This document shows positions 1 through 9,710 of a stretch of DNA of 64,000 nt, in pieces (the stretch's first letter is position 1; the number at the start of each line of letters is the position of its first letter). The notes under the pieces are model-generated. The model was given only the letters and a program-made list of their open reading frames with translations, made no database searches and was not told the DNA's origin. Source of the stretch: Candidatus Hydrogenedentota bacterium (GTDB lineage Bacteria; Hydrogenedentota; Hydrogenedentia; Hydrogenedentales; SLHB01); NCBI GenBank assembly GCA_963674865.2, contig CAXXYE010000009.1, positions 1,728,001 to 1,792,000 on the forward strand, read 5' to 3'. The position numbers and the translations under genes were made by a program.

Positions 1-1134
1 GGCCAAGTCCAAGCAGTTCAGAGTCCCGAGGATCAAGTCATTGCCTGCCCCCATTGCGCCCAGCAGATGACGATCCCACGTGCGGAGGCTGCGCCCCCGA
101 CGGCTGCTGTGCCGCCCGCCTCGACGCCACCCGTGCCGTCGGTGAGCAACGGACTGGCGACGGCGAGCCTGGTGTTGGGAGTCCTTTCTTTCTTGTGTTT
201 CGGGCCGTTCTGCTCGATCCCGGCGATTATCACCGGCCACATGGGCCTGTCGCGTTCAAGACGCCTGCCGGAGGCTGCGGGGAAAGGAATGGCCATTGCG
301 GGCCTGGTTGTGGGCTACGTGAGCCTTACTGCCTTCCTTGTCCTGGCCGTGATCCTCTCGGCATGCAGGTTGGTGGCCTCACGTGAAGCTGCCCGGCACG
401 AATCCCGGGCGGCAATGAAAGCGGACGCCTTTCAGCGTGCTGCCATCGATAGCAGCCGGAAGTCGATGGAAACAGACGTTGCCCAGCGTGCCGCCTGCCA
501 GAACAACCTGAAGGAGATAGGACTTGTCTTCAAGATATACGCAAACGACGATCCTGGGTCCTTCTATCCCGAACTCTCCCCAGAGGCGGGCCGCCTGATG
601 TTTGCCAGTGAGGATGCAGTAGGGCAGGCATGCGTGTACCCAAAGTACCTCAATAACCTCTCCGTTCTTGTCTGCCTGAACGACACCAGCGCCCTCGCGG
701 CGAATAGCGTGTCCGAGCCCGGTGCGATCATCGACGACCACAGCTACTGGTACTTGGGATACCGCGTGACGAGCGACGAGGAGATGGAGGCGTTCGCCGA
801 GGCGTACCGGGAGCACATCGCGGCCGGAGGCCGCTTCAGCGAGGATCTCGACGTGCCCCCGGGCCGAGGAAACGACGGCGGCGACAAGCTCCTGCGACTC
901 CGCGAGAAAGTGGGCCGGTTCCTGATCACCGACATCAATGATATTGCCGCGGCTCAACGCTTCGAAAGCATGCCCTCCACCATTCCGACGCTCATCGAGC
1001 GCCCCGAGAACCACCTGCCCGCCGGTGGAAACGTGCTCTACCTCGACGGACACGTCGAGTTCGTGAGATATCCGGGGAAGTGGCCCATGACGGAGAAGAC
1101 CATCGGCTTGTTGAGGGCCTTGGGAGGGCCGTGA
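1..1134 (+). CDS. Zn-ribbon + DUF4190 membrane domain + DUF1559-like (H-X9-DG) protein; 5' end lies outside the window
   Basis: Frame is open from base 1 (GQVQ...IACPHCAQQM). It shows the DUF4190 pattern NGLATASLVLG...GKGMAIAGLVVGY, then CQNNLKEIGL and NHLPAGGNVLYLDGHV. Confidence 0.8.
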   Translation, partial: GQVQAVQSPEDQVIACPHCAQQMTIPRAEAAPPTAAVPPASTPPVPSVSNGLATASLVLGVLSFLCFGPFCSIPAIITGHMGLSRSRRLPEAAGKGMAIAGLVVGYVSLTAFLVLAVILSACRLVASREAARHESRAAMKADAFQRAAIDSSRKSMETDVAQRAACQNNLKEIGLVFKIYANDDPGSFYPELSPEAGRLMFASEDAVGQACVYPKYLNNLSVLVCLNDTSALAANSVSEPGAIIDDHSYWYLGYRVTSDEEMEAFAEAYREHIAAGGRFSEDLDVPPGRGNDGGDKLLRLREKVGRFLITDINDIAAAQRFESMPSTIPTLIERPENHLPAGGNVLYLDGHVEFVRYPGKWPMTEKTIGLLRALGGP

Positions 1135-1300
1135 CAGGATAGTCGGGACAGCTTTGGAGAGATGCGCGGCGGCGCCTTTGCTGGCACGAACCTAGTGTTC
1201 TGACTCATAACTGACGTTGCTCATCTGCAGATGAAAAGGCGCCAAGAAAAAGCGAAAAACGGGGACTGACACAAGCGGAGCGAAGCGAAGACGTGTCTGT

Positions 1301-1451
1301 GGAGCTGTTGAAAAAGTCGCATTCGCCCCAGAGGTTGAGCGAAACACTGGGACTGTCCCAAGCGGAGTCCGCCGCAGGTGGACGCAGACGGGACTGTCCC
1401 AGGTCCTTTCGCGGCCTGCGTCCGGCAACTCTGGACTTTTTCAACGGCCCC
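1301..1451. mobile_element. 151-bp MITE with 18-bp terminal inverted repeats and 5-bp target duplication (TCTGT)
   Basis: Left end GGAGCTGTTGAAAAAGTC (1301-1318) and right end GACTTTTTCAACGGCCCC (1434-1451) are 16/18 complementary. TCTGT occurs at 1296-1300 and 1452-1456. Confidence 0.8.
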
Positions 1452-1500
1452 TCTGTCCCTGCTTTTCGTGAAGCGTCTGTACTCAGAGGAGGGGAACACG

Positions 1501-1902
1501 ATCGCTACGCATCAGTGCCCTTACTGCGAACATCGGTTCGAGGCAGGCAGCGACTTTGAGGGATACCTCGTCGCGTGTCCACACTGCAACAAGCGAATTG
1601 TCGTCCACCCAACTCCGGATGACGCCGGCGAGAGCTCGCAGCCGGATAAGCGGGCCGCGCGAGCGGCTGTGCCGGCGGGCAATGAACTCGCTATCTTGAG
1701 TCTGTTGCTTGGTCTCGGCTCGTATATCTGCGTCGGCCCCCTCCTATCGGTTCCGGGGGCCATCGTAGGCTACATAGCTCTCGACAGATCGGTGAGAAGA
1801 CACGAGATTCCGGCAAGACTGATGGCGATGCTTGCCTTGGCCGTCAATATCGTGAATCTAGCGTTATCCGCGATCATCTTGCCGATGATGTGGTTCCCGT
1901 GA
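1501..1902 (+). CDS. Zn-ribbon (CPYC...CPHC) + DUF4190-like membrane protein; start codon uncertain
   Basis: Two CxxC pairs are followed by NELAILSLLLG and TM segments. RBS GAGGAGGG precedes ATC at 1501, and the upstream part of the tracked ORF lies inside the MITE. Confidence 0.65.
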   Translation: MATHQCPYCEHRFEAGSDFEGYLVACPHCNKRIVVHPTPDDAGESSQPDKRAARAAVPAGNELAILSLLLGLGSYICVGPLLSVPGAIVGYIALDRSVRRHEIPARLMAMLALAVNIVNLALSAIILPMMWFP

Positions 1903-1967
1903 ACGGGCCGCGCCGAACCTTGCCTTCGCCGCCGTGCGAGTGACCTCCCCGTCGGTTTGCCGCCTGT

Positions 1968-3482
1968 CTACTCCCCCTCCACGGCCCAGATATTGCGGAA
2001 TTGAACGGGATTGCCGTGATCCTGGAACAGGAGGCCCCCCGGCTCCGGCATTTCGCCGCTGAGGCCGCCGGGCGTGGCGTCGGGGAGTTCGAGGTCGTCG
2101 TGTATGGCCACGCCGTTGTGCAGCACGGTGATGCGCGCGTTCTCAGTCTTCTTCCCCGCGGCGTCATAGCGCGCCGCGCGGAACGTGATGTCGTACGTCT
2201 GCCACTGAAGCGGCGGCGCGCACATGTTCACGAGGGGCCGGGCGATCTTGTAGATGCCGCCGCACTCGTTGTCGAGCCCCTCGAGACCGTAGCTGTCGAG
2301 CACCTGGACCTCATACCGCGCCTGAACGTAGACGCCGCTGTTGCCTCGGCCCTGGCCGCGGGCGTCGGCCATGTACGGCGTGCGGAACTCGACGTGCAGC
2401 TTGTGATCCTGGAAAGGATGCCGCGAGACGACGGAGCCGCTCCCCGCGACCACTTCCATGGCGCCGCCTTCGACGAGCTGCCACTGGCATCCCGGATCCA
2501 GCGGGGGCTTGGACAGGTTCTTCCACTCGCCGCCGCCGCTTTCGGGAGGAAAGGCCACGTCGAAGAGGGCCTTGGCGTCCTTGCCCGCCTGGCTGTACGG
2601 CCCGGAGTACTGCCATTCGAGGAGATAGCCTTCGTAGGCCGGATCCGTCGCGTTTGCCACCGGCTCGACCTCGAGTCCGGCCACGGGCCCGCCCTCGGGC
2701 GATACCAGCCGCGCGCAGGTGCTCCATCCGCCGCCGTACTGCGTCACCTTCAAGAGAAGCTCATTCCGCCCCGCGCTGAGTTTCAGGTTCACCTTGTCGT
2801 CGCCCGGCTTACAGCCTCGGGACGCATTCTTTGCGAGGACGACTTCCCCGTTCAGCCAAACCTTTAGGCCGTCATTGCTGCCCAGTTCGAGCACGGCGTC
2901 CCGCGCTTCAGGCGCGTCTATCGCCGCGCTGAGGTACGCCACCGCGTTGTTCTCATTGCCCAGGAGCTTGCGGAGATTGATGATGTAAGGCACGTAGTGC
3001 GGATGCACCCATGCGTCCATATTGGCGCCGTCCAGAAGCACGATGGCGCCCTCGGGCGGCTTGGCGCCGAGCGTGGGGGAGAGGCGGACTTTCTTCGTCA
3101 GTGCAAATGTGCCCTTGGCCTCGCCCTGGCATCCGCCCGTCAACGAGTTGCCTTCGACGGTGCCGGCCCAGATCGTCCCCGCCATCGGGCCTTCCGCCAC
3201 GGCCCCCGCGAAAAGCGTCTTCCCGCGAAAGACCACGCCGTGCAGCACGGCCACCGGCGCGTCGGCCGTGTCGAATGCCTTGCGGAGGTTCGCCTGGTAC
3301 TTGCCGCCGCCCAGCGGAAAGACTTGGGCCACCAGGGGCGACTGCGCGCCCGCGTCGGAAGTCCAGGTTCCCTGCCAATCGCCCATAACGGCGTCGACGG
3401 TTTCCTGGGCGCCGCAGGCGCCCGCAAAGGCCAGCACGGCCAAGGCAACGAGACTCAAGAGAGGAAGGCGGCTGTTCATCAT
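1968..3482 (-). CDS. Secreted DUF1080 (3-keto-disaccharide hydrolase family) protein with an inserted beta-sandwich domain
   Basis: Signal peptide, plus motifs [38 protein letters not shown] and [18 protein letters not shown] C-terminus. Confidence 0.85.
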   Translation of the reverse strand: MMNSRLPLLSLVALAVLAFAGACGAQETVDAVMGDWQGTWTSDAGAQSPLVAQVFPLGGGKYQANLRKAFDTADAPVAVLHGVVFRGKTLFAGAVAEGPMAGTIWAGTVEGNSLTGGCQGEAKGTFALTKKVRLSPTLGAKPPEGAIVLLDGANMDAWVHPHYVPYIINLRKLLGNENNAVAYLSAAIDAPEARDAVLELGSNDGLKVWLNGEVVLAKNASRGCKPGDDKVNLKLSAGRNELLLKVTQYGGGWSTCARLVSPEGGPVAGLEVEPVANATDPAYEGYLLEWQYSGPYSQAGKDAKALFDVAFPPESGGGEWKNLSKPPLDPGCQWQLVEGGAMEVVAGSGSVVSRHPFQDHKLHVEFRTPYMADARGQGRGNSGVYVQARYEVQVLDSYGLEGLDNECGGIYKIARPLVNMCAPPLQWQTYDITFRAARYDAAGKKTENARITVLHNGVAIHDDLELPDATPGGLSGEMPEPGGLLFQDHGNPVQFRNIWAVEGE

Positions 3483-3574
3483 GGCTGGACGTATCCTGTG
3501 TTTATTCTACGCGGGAATCACGTGGAGTACGCCTATTCTTGCGCAATGCGCTCGAATTTTCAAACGGGAAATCA

Positions 3575-3865
3575 GGGACTGTCCCAAGCGAGTCGGCCGT
3601 AGGCTGACGAGACGGGACTGTCCCTGATTTCCGTGACATCGCCGCCGCGCCCGAGAAAGTGGTGGCTCTCCCAAGTGAGTCTGCCGTAGGCTGACGAGAC
3701 GGGACTGTGGAGCTGTTGAAAAAGTCGCATTCGCCCCAGAGGTTGAGCGAAAGACCGGGACTGTCCCAAGCACAGTCCGCCGCAGGCTGACGTGACGGGA
3801 CTGTCCCAGGTCCTTTCGCGGCCCAAGCGAGTCTGCCGTAGGCTAACGTGACGGGACGGTTCCCC
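3575..3865. repeat. Cluster of GGGACTGTCCC REP-like repeats containing a truncated second MITE copy starting at 3709
   Basis: Repeated GGGACTGTCCC and CCGTAGGCTGACG..ACGGGAC units. 3709 to about 3823 is near-identical to 1301 to about 1416 but lacks the right TIR. Confidence 0.8.
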
Positions 3866-4011
3866 TTCCCCGCGTGTAGGACTTGTCTGGCGGATAGTGG
3901 GACGCTAGAATCGGAGCGGCCAAAGGGCGGGGCGGCGATAATGCGCGGATGACGAGTAGCTCTCGTTTAGCTGCTGCCCGCCGCGGCGGACTGAATGAAG
4001 GAGAGAACAAG

Positions 4012-5352
4012 ATGGCCGGTATAGGGACTCGTCACAAGGGGCGTCAACCGGGAGCGGCCCGCATCGGGCGGCGCGGATTCTTCAAGCGCGCGGCTACCGC
4101 GGCGGGACTCGCGGCATTCCCCAATATCCTATCTTCAAGAGCGTTCGGGGCCGAAGGCGTCATGGCCCCGAGCGAGCGGCTTACCATCGGCTTCATCGGC
4201 ATGGGCAAGCAGATGAGCGGCCATCTGGGCTGGTTGCTGCGCTGTCCGGAGACTCAAGTGCTCGCCGTTTGCGATGTCGAGTCCATCCGGCTCGAACGCG
4301 CCAAGAAACGCGCCGACGACCACTACGCGGAGACATCCGGCAAGGGCTCCTACGCCGGCTGCGCGGCCTACAAGGATTGGCGCGAACTCATCGCGCGCGA
4401 TGATATTGACGCCGTGGTGATTGCCGTGCCCGACCACTGGCACGCCCTGCCGGTTATCGCCGCGGCCAAGTCCGGCAAGGACATCTACTGCGAGAAGCCG
4501 CTCTCACTCACCATTGGCGAAGGCAAGGCGATGGTGGATGCGGTGCGCCGCTATGGCCGCGTTTTCCAGACGGGCAGCCAGCAGCGCTCCGAGCGCGGCT
4601 TCCGCGTGGCGTGCGAGTTGGTGCGGAATGGGCGCATCGGCAAGGTGCACACGGTAAACGTCAACGTAGGCGGGCCGTCTCAGGAATGCTACCTGCCCGC
4701 CGAGCCCGTTCCGAAAGGGCTGGACTGGGATTTCTGGCTGGGGCCGGCGCCGTGGCGGCCTTACCACTCGATGATCGCGCCCGGCCTGGATTTCGGCGGC
4801 TGGCCTCAATGGCGCGCATTTCGCGATTATTCCGGCGGGAATATGACGGACTGGGGCGCCCACCATTTCGATATCGCCCAGTGGGGCCTTGGCATGGACG
4901 AAACCGGCCCCGTCGAGATCATCCCGCCCGACGGCAAAGAGCACGACCGGCTCACCTACAAGTACGCCAACGGCGTGGTGATGTACCGGGGCGGCGCGGC
5001 GGGCCGCGCCGGCGTGGAATTCGTCGGCACGGAAGGCCGGGTGATGGTTAACCGCGGCTACCTCGAAACCGACCCGCCCGAACTCGTCCATGAGCCGCTC
5101 GGCCCGAACGACATTCATCTGTACCAGAGCAAAGGCCATCATCAGGACTGGCTCGACGCCATTCGCGCGCGCCGGAAGCCCATATGCGACGTGGCCATCG
5201 GCTACCGCTCGGTGAGCGTGTGCCACCTGGGGAACATCGCCTACATTCTAGAGCGGCCGCTGCGGTGGGATCCGGATGGAGAGCGCTTCGTCAACGACGA
5301 AGAGGCGAACCGGATGCTGCTGCGGCCCATGCGCGGGCCGTGGCAGGTATAG
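4012..5352 (+). CDS. Tat-exported Gfo/Idh/MocA family oxidoreductase
   Basis: GRRGFFK twin-arginine signal, IGFIGMG, DIYCEKP and DWGAHHFD motifs; RBS AAGGAG before ATG 4012. Confidence 0.9.
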   Translation: MAGIGTRHKGRQPGAARIGRRGFFKRAATAAGLAAFPNILSSRAFGAEGVMAPSERLTIGFIGMGKQMSGHLGWLLRCPETQVLAVCDVESIRLERAKKRADDHYAETSGKGSYAGCAAYKDWRELIARDDIDAVVIAVPDHWHALPVIAAAKSGKDIYCEKPLSLTIGEGKAMVDAVRRYGRVFQTGSQQRSERGFRVACELVRNGRIGKVHTVNVNVGGPSQECYLPAEPVPKGLDWDFWLGPAPWRPYHSMIAPGLDFGGWPQWRAFRDYSGGNMTDWGAHHFDIAQWGLGMDETGPVEIIPPDGKEHDRLTYKYANGVVMYRGGAAGRAGVEFVGTEGRVMVNRGYLETDPPELVHEPLGPNDIHLYQSKGHHQDWLDAIRARRKPICDVAIGYRSVSVCHLGNIAYILERPLRWDPDGERFVNDEEANRMLLRPMRGPWQV

Positions 5353-5371
5353 AAAGGGAGAGGATAGCACG

Positions 5372-8300
5372 ATGATTACAGCCGTGTATCACGTCGAGGG
5401 CCGGCGTCCGTCCGCCCTGGAAGTCTGGCCTGAAAGTGCTGTTCCTGGTGGGATGCGGCCAGAAAGCACTTGTAAGTCCTTCTGTCTCAACGCCGAGAGC
5501 ACTCGTGCTCCGTTATCCGGTGGCTTTCTGGCCGCCCCCCTGGTGGCCGTTCTCGTTTCATTGGCTCTGGCGGCCGGTTGCCTCCTGTTCTCCGGCCCGT
5601 CCAGCGCCCAGGAAGCCGACGAAGTGCAGAAGATGGCGTCGGCCATGCCGAAGGCCCCGCGAGTCGCCCCGGCTGAGCCGCGGAAGCTGCTCGTCTTCAC
5701 CCTGTGCAAAGGATATGCCCACAGCTCGATTCCCTATGCCGCGAAGGCGCTCGAGATCATGGGCAAGCAAACGGGCGCGTTCACGGCCGTCGTCAGCGAC
5801 GATGTCGGGATGTTTGCCCCCGAGAAGCTCCGCGCCTTCGACGCCGTCTGCATGGATAACACCACCGGTGAGTTATTCGACGACCCGGCGCTGAAGCAAA
5901 GCCTCCTGGATTTCGTCAAGGGCGGGAAGGGCATCGTGGGCATCCACGCGGCCACCGATTGCTTCTACAACTGGGCCGAGTACGGCGAGATGATGGGCGG
6001 CTACTTCGACGGCCACCCCTGGGGCGCGGGCGATACCGTCGGCGTCAAGCTGGACGACCCGGCCCATCCCGTGAACGCCGCGTTCAAAGGACGCGGATTC
6101 CGCGTCAAAGACGAGATTTATCAGTTCAAGGCGCCTTATTCGCGCGATGAGCTGCGCGTGCTCCTCAGTATCGACGCCGCCAACTCGGATATGACGAAGA
6201 AAGGCATCAAGCGCACCGACGGCGATTTCGCCGTGGCCTGGGTGCGCTCGTACGGCGCGGGGCGCGTGTTCTACTGCTCACTCGGACACAACCACGAGAT
6301 TTTCTGGAATCCACCGATTCTTCAGCATTATCTCGACGGCATTCAGTTCGCTTTGGGCGACCTCGAGGCGGATATGGCGCCGAGCGCCGTGTTGCCGGAT
6401 ACCCACTTCGTTGAATCCAAGGCATCTCTCGAGCAGCAGATACTCGCTCAGGCCTTCCGTGACATCGCGCGCTGCCGATACGGCGAGGAACCTCAGGATT
6501 TCGCCATCATCGAGGAGCACGTCATCGCCTCCCGGGATGTGCCGGCGACGCGGCGCCAACTGGCCGCGCAACTCACGCGCGTTTTGGCGTCGGGCGCCTC
6601 CTCGGCGGGCAGGTTGTTCGCGGCAAAACAGCTCTGGCGCATCGGCGCCGCCGAAGACGTGCCGCCGCTTGCCAAGCTCCTTACGGACCCGGCGAAGGCC
6701 GAAACCGCGCGCTATGCCCTGGAGCGGATTCCCGGGCCCGAAGCCACGTCCGCCCTGCTCGCCGCCTTGCCCAACGTATACGGCAGCGTGCGCGCCGGCG
6801 TAGTCGATTCCCTCGGCGAACGGCGCGATTCCGCCGCGGTGCCGGCCCTGGAGTGGCTGGTGGGCAACGCCGACGCGGCCAGTGCTACGGCTGCACTCGC
6901 GGCGTTGGCCAAGATAGGCGGCGATGAAGCGCTGGCCATCCTATCGAAGGTTGCGATGGAAGGTCCTGCCCGACTTCGGCCCGCCGCGGCCGATGCATAC
7001 CTGCGCTGCGCGGATAGCCTTCTCGCCGAGGGCGCCACGGTGAAGGCCGCGGCCATCTATCGCGAGGTGTTCGATCAGCGTGGCCTGCCGGGTCTGCGCC
7101 CCGCGGCGTTCCGCGGATTAGTAATGGCGGCTGAGGACAAGGCTGATCTGGTTATCGGCGTCCTGCACGGGGACGATCCCGAGCTTCGCGTGGTGGCCGT
7201 GACGGTTGCCCGCGAGATCCCGTGTGAGTTTGCAACGGTTGCCTTCGCGCGTGAGTTGCCGGCGCTCGACACCGATGTGCAGGCGTTGATGCTGGGCGTG
7301 CTGGCCGATCGGCCGCGCGTGGGAGCCGCCATGGGTGCGGCCGTCCGCGCGGCGCGAGTCCGCGTCCCCCGTGTACGCTGCGCGGCCCTCGTCGCGCTAG
7401 GTTCCATCGGCGACGCCTCGACGGTGCCGCTACTGGCCGAAGCCGCCGCGACGGCCATGGAAGAGGAGGCGGACATCGCGCGCGCCAGTCTGGCCGTGCT
7501 CAAAGATGATCCGAAGTCTGGCCTGGGGACAATCGATGACGCCATTGCGGCGCGCCTTGGCGAAGCGCCCGTTGCGGAGCGCGTCGAGTTGGTGTCCGCC
7601 TTGGCCGCCCGGCTCGCAAACGCGGATTACCTCTGGGAGTGGATTCCCAAGGAGCAAGACGCCTCGGTGCGTGCGGCGGCCTATGATGCCCTGTTGGAAG
7701 TCGCCAGTGGGATGAAGGTGGAGACCCTGCCCAAGCTTGTCGCGTTCCTCATCCGCGAGAGTGATGACGCCGCCCGGGAGAAGGCCGAGGCGGCACTAAC
7801 CGCCCTGGCGCTCGAAATACCGGCGGAATCCGACGCGGCCGGCCCTTCTCCTGAGGGATTCGTCCAGGTCGAGGATGAAGACACGCGAAGCAAGGCCGTT
7901 CGCGATGGATGGCGTTCCGCGCGAGGGAATGCGCCTGCGCGGTGCGCTTTAGTGCGTGTCCTCGGCGAATTGGGCGGCTCGAAGGCATTGAAGACTGTCC
8001 GCACGGCATCCAAGAGTCGAAATGATGAGATCAAAGCCACGGCCGTCCACGTGCTCGCCCAGTGGGCGACCGCCGACGCCCTGCCCGATCTGGAGCGCAT
8101 TGCGAAAACCAGTAAGGACGAGGAGCTTCGGGCGCTTGCATTGCGCGGCTATCTGCGCGTGGCCGGCCTGCCGAATGAGCGTCCCGCCGCGGAGCAACTG
8201 AAGCTCTACGAGCGCGCGATCGCGCTGGCGCAGAGCACGGAGGAGAAGAAGCGCGTGGTAGCGGCCCTGGCAAGTGTCCCCGACCCGCGCGTTCTCGAAG

Positions 8301-8752
8301 TCCTCGAAGGCTTTCTCGATGATCCCGAGTTGAAAGCCGACGTGGAGAACGCCATCGGGCGGCTCAAGAATTCCAAGCTCGAGCCATCCGCTTCGCACGG
8401 CGTTGGCTCCGTGGGATTCGCCATCGACGGCAACATCGAAACGCGCTGGAGCACCGGCGAACACCAGCACGACGGCATCTGGTTTGTGCTCGACCTGGGA
8501 TGGGAAAACTGGGTGAGCGGATTGGTGTTGGACACTACGCCTTCGGCGGGAGACTATCCCCGCGGCTATGCCGTGTATGTCGCCAACAATTTGGACAACA
8601 TGGGCGCGCCCGTGGCCACCGGAAAAGGGACGGAGGCCGTTACCGAGATTTCTTTCAAGCCCGTAGCGGGCCGGTTCATCAAGATCGTCCAGACAGGCTC
8701 GACGAATGATCCTTGGTGGTCCATCCACGAGCTAACCGTCAAGAAGAACTAG
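5372..8752 (+). CDS. ThuA-like domain + HEAT-repeat + F5/8 type C (discoidin) protein
   Basis: ThuA motifs GYAHSSIP, VGIHAATD and GRVFYCSLGHN; Ala-rich helical repeats; C-terminal AIDGNIETRW...WWSIHEL. RBS GGAGAGGA precedes ATG 5372. Confidence 0.85.
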   Translation: MITAVYHVEGRRPSALEVWPESAVPGGMRPESTCKSFCLNAESTRAPLSGGFLAAPLVAVLVSLALAAGCLLFSGPSSAQEADEVQKMASAMPKAPRVAPAEPRKLLVFTLCKGYAHSSIPYAAKALEIMGKQTGAFTAVVSDDVGMFAPEKLRAFDAVCMDNTTGELFDDPALKQSLLDFVKGGKGIVGIHAATDCFYNWAEYGEMMGGYFDGHPWGAGDTVGVKLDDPAHPVNAAFKGRGFRVKDEIYQFKAPYSRDELRVLLSIDAANSDMTKKGIKRTDGDFAVAWVRSYGAGRVFYCSLGHNHEIFWNPPILQHYLDGIQFALGDLEADMAPSAVLPDTHFVESKASLEQQILAQAFRDIARCRYGEEPQDFAIIEEHVIASRDVPATRRQLAAQLTRVLASGASSAGRLFAAKQLWRIGAAEDVPPLAKLLTDPAKAETARYALERIPGPEATSALLAALPNVYGSVRAGVVDSLGERRDSAAVPALEWLVGNADAASATAALAALAKIGGDEALAILSKVAMEGPARLRPAAADAYLRCADSLLAEGATVKAAAIYREVFDQRGLPGLRPAAFRGLVMAAEDKADLVIGVLHGDDPELRVVAVTVAREIPCEFATVAFARELPALDTDVQALMLGVLADRPRVGAAMGAAVRAARVRVPRVRCAALVALGSIGDASTVPLLAEAAATAMEEEADIARASLAVLKDDPKSGLGTIDDAIAARLGEAPVAERVELVSALAARLANADYLWEWIPKEQDASVRAAAYDALLEVASGMKVETLPKLVAFLIRESDDAAREKAEAALTALALEIPAESDAAGPSPEGFVQVEDEDTRSKAVRDGWRSARGNAPARCALVRVLGELGGSKALKTVRTASKSRNDEIKATAVHVLAQWATADALPDLERIAKTSKDEELRALALRGYLRVAGLPNERPAAEQLKLYERAIALAQSTEEKKRVVAALASVPDPRVLEVLEGFLDDPELKADVENAIGRLKNSKLEPSASHGVGSVGFAIDGNIETRWSTGEHQHDGIWFVLDLGWENWVSGLVLDTTPSAGDYPRGYAVYVANNLDNMGAPVATGKGTEAVTEISFKPVAGRFIKIVQTGSTNDPWWSIHELTVKKN
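5424..5540. repeat. ~117-bp dispersed element, copy A (inverted relative to 8752-8868)
   Basis: Its reverse complement aligns with 8752-8868, sharing GAAAGCCACC.GATAA.GGAG and GACTTACAA..GCTTTCTGGCCGCATCCC.CCAGGAAC. It contains internal GGCCAGAAAGC/GCTTTCTGGCC inverted motifs. Confidence 0.8.
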
Positions 8753-8868
8753 GGGCGTAGCCGGAAAGCCACCAGATAATGGAGACTGAGCATTTTGGGT
8801 GTTGACATGGAAAGACTTACAAACGCTTTCTGGCCGCATCCCTCCAGGAACCACGCTTTCTGGCCGGA
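8752..8868. repeat. ~117-bp dispersed element, copy B
   Basis: Inverted homolog of 5424-5540. Confidence 0.8.
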
Positions 8869-8887
8869 TATCTAGCAAGGGCCGGCA

Positions 8888-9598
8888 TTGCACCTATCGC
8901 TCATCATACCCGCCTACAACGAGGAGAAGCGTATCGGCGATACGCTCCGCCGCGTCGTCGAGTACCTCGCCGAGCAGTCCTTCGACTCGGAGATTCTCCT
9001 GGTGGACGACGGCAGCCAGGACAAGACGCGCGAAGTCGTCGAGCGAGAGTTCCCCGATGTCCGAATCATCTCGTATCAGGAGAACCGCGGGAAGGGCCAC
9101 GCCGTGCGCACGGGCATGCTCGAAGGCAAAGGGGATATTCGCTTCTTCTTCGACGCCGACGGCTCGACGCCCATCGAGGATCTGGCCAAGTTCTGGCCAT
9201 TCTTCGACGCGGGCACCGCGGTAGTCATCGGCTCCCGGGCGCTGCCGGAGTCTCGGATCGATGTGCACCAGCCTTGGTATCGCGAATCCATGGGGCGGGT
9301 CTTCAACCTCTTCCTGAGGCTCTTCCGGCTCACGCGTTTCCCCGATACCCAGTGCGGATGCAAAGGCTTCACTGCCGAGGCCTGCCGCGTCGTGTTCCCG
9401 CGCCAAACCATCGAGCGGTGGTGCTTCGATGCCGAGCTGCTCCACATCGCCCACAAACACGGACTGCGCATCGAGCAGGTGCCCGTCTCCTGGGCGCACG
9501 TCGGCCAATCACGCGTCCAACTCTTCAGCGGCTCGGCACGGATGCTCCTCGACCTGATCATGATTCGCCTCAAAGACCTCGCCGGGAAATACGCGTAG
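8888..9598 (+). CDS. GT2 glycosyltransferase, dolichyl-phosphate beta-glucosyltransferase-like
   Basis: LSLIIPAYNEE, VDDGSQD, NRGKGHAVRTG, FFDADGST, DTQCG and FDAELL motifs. Confidence 0.9.
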   Translation: MHLSLIIPAYNEEKRIGDTLRRVVEYLAEQSFDSEILLVDDGSQDKTREVVEREFPDVRIISYQENRGKGHAVRTGMLEGKGDIRFFFDADGSTPIEDLAKFWPFFDAGTAVVIGSRALPESRIDVHQPWYRESMGRVFNLFLRLFRLTRFPDTQCGCKGFTAEACRVVFPRQTIERWCFDAELLHIAHKHGLRIEQVPVSWAHVGQSRVQLFSGSARMLLDLIMIRLKDLAGKYA

Positions 9599-9710
9599 CG
9601 CCCACCTTTGCTGCCGCAAGCAAGCGGAATCCCTGTGGGCAGCGGCGTGTTCTGCATAGGCAGACGGCAGAAACGCCCAAATCAGGTGATTCAGGGGAGA
9701 ATGCGGCTGT

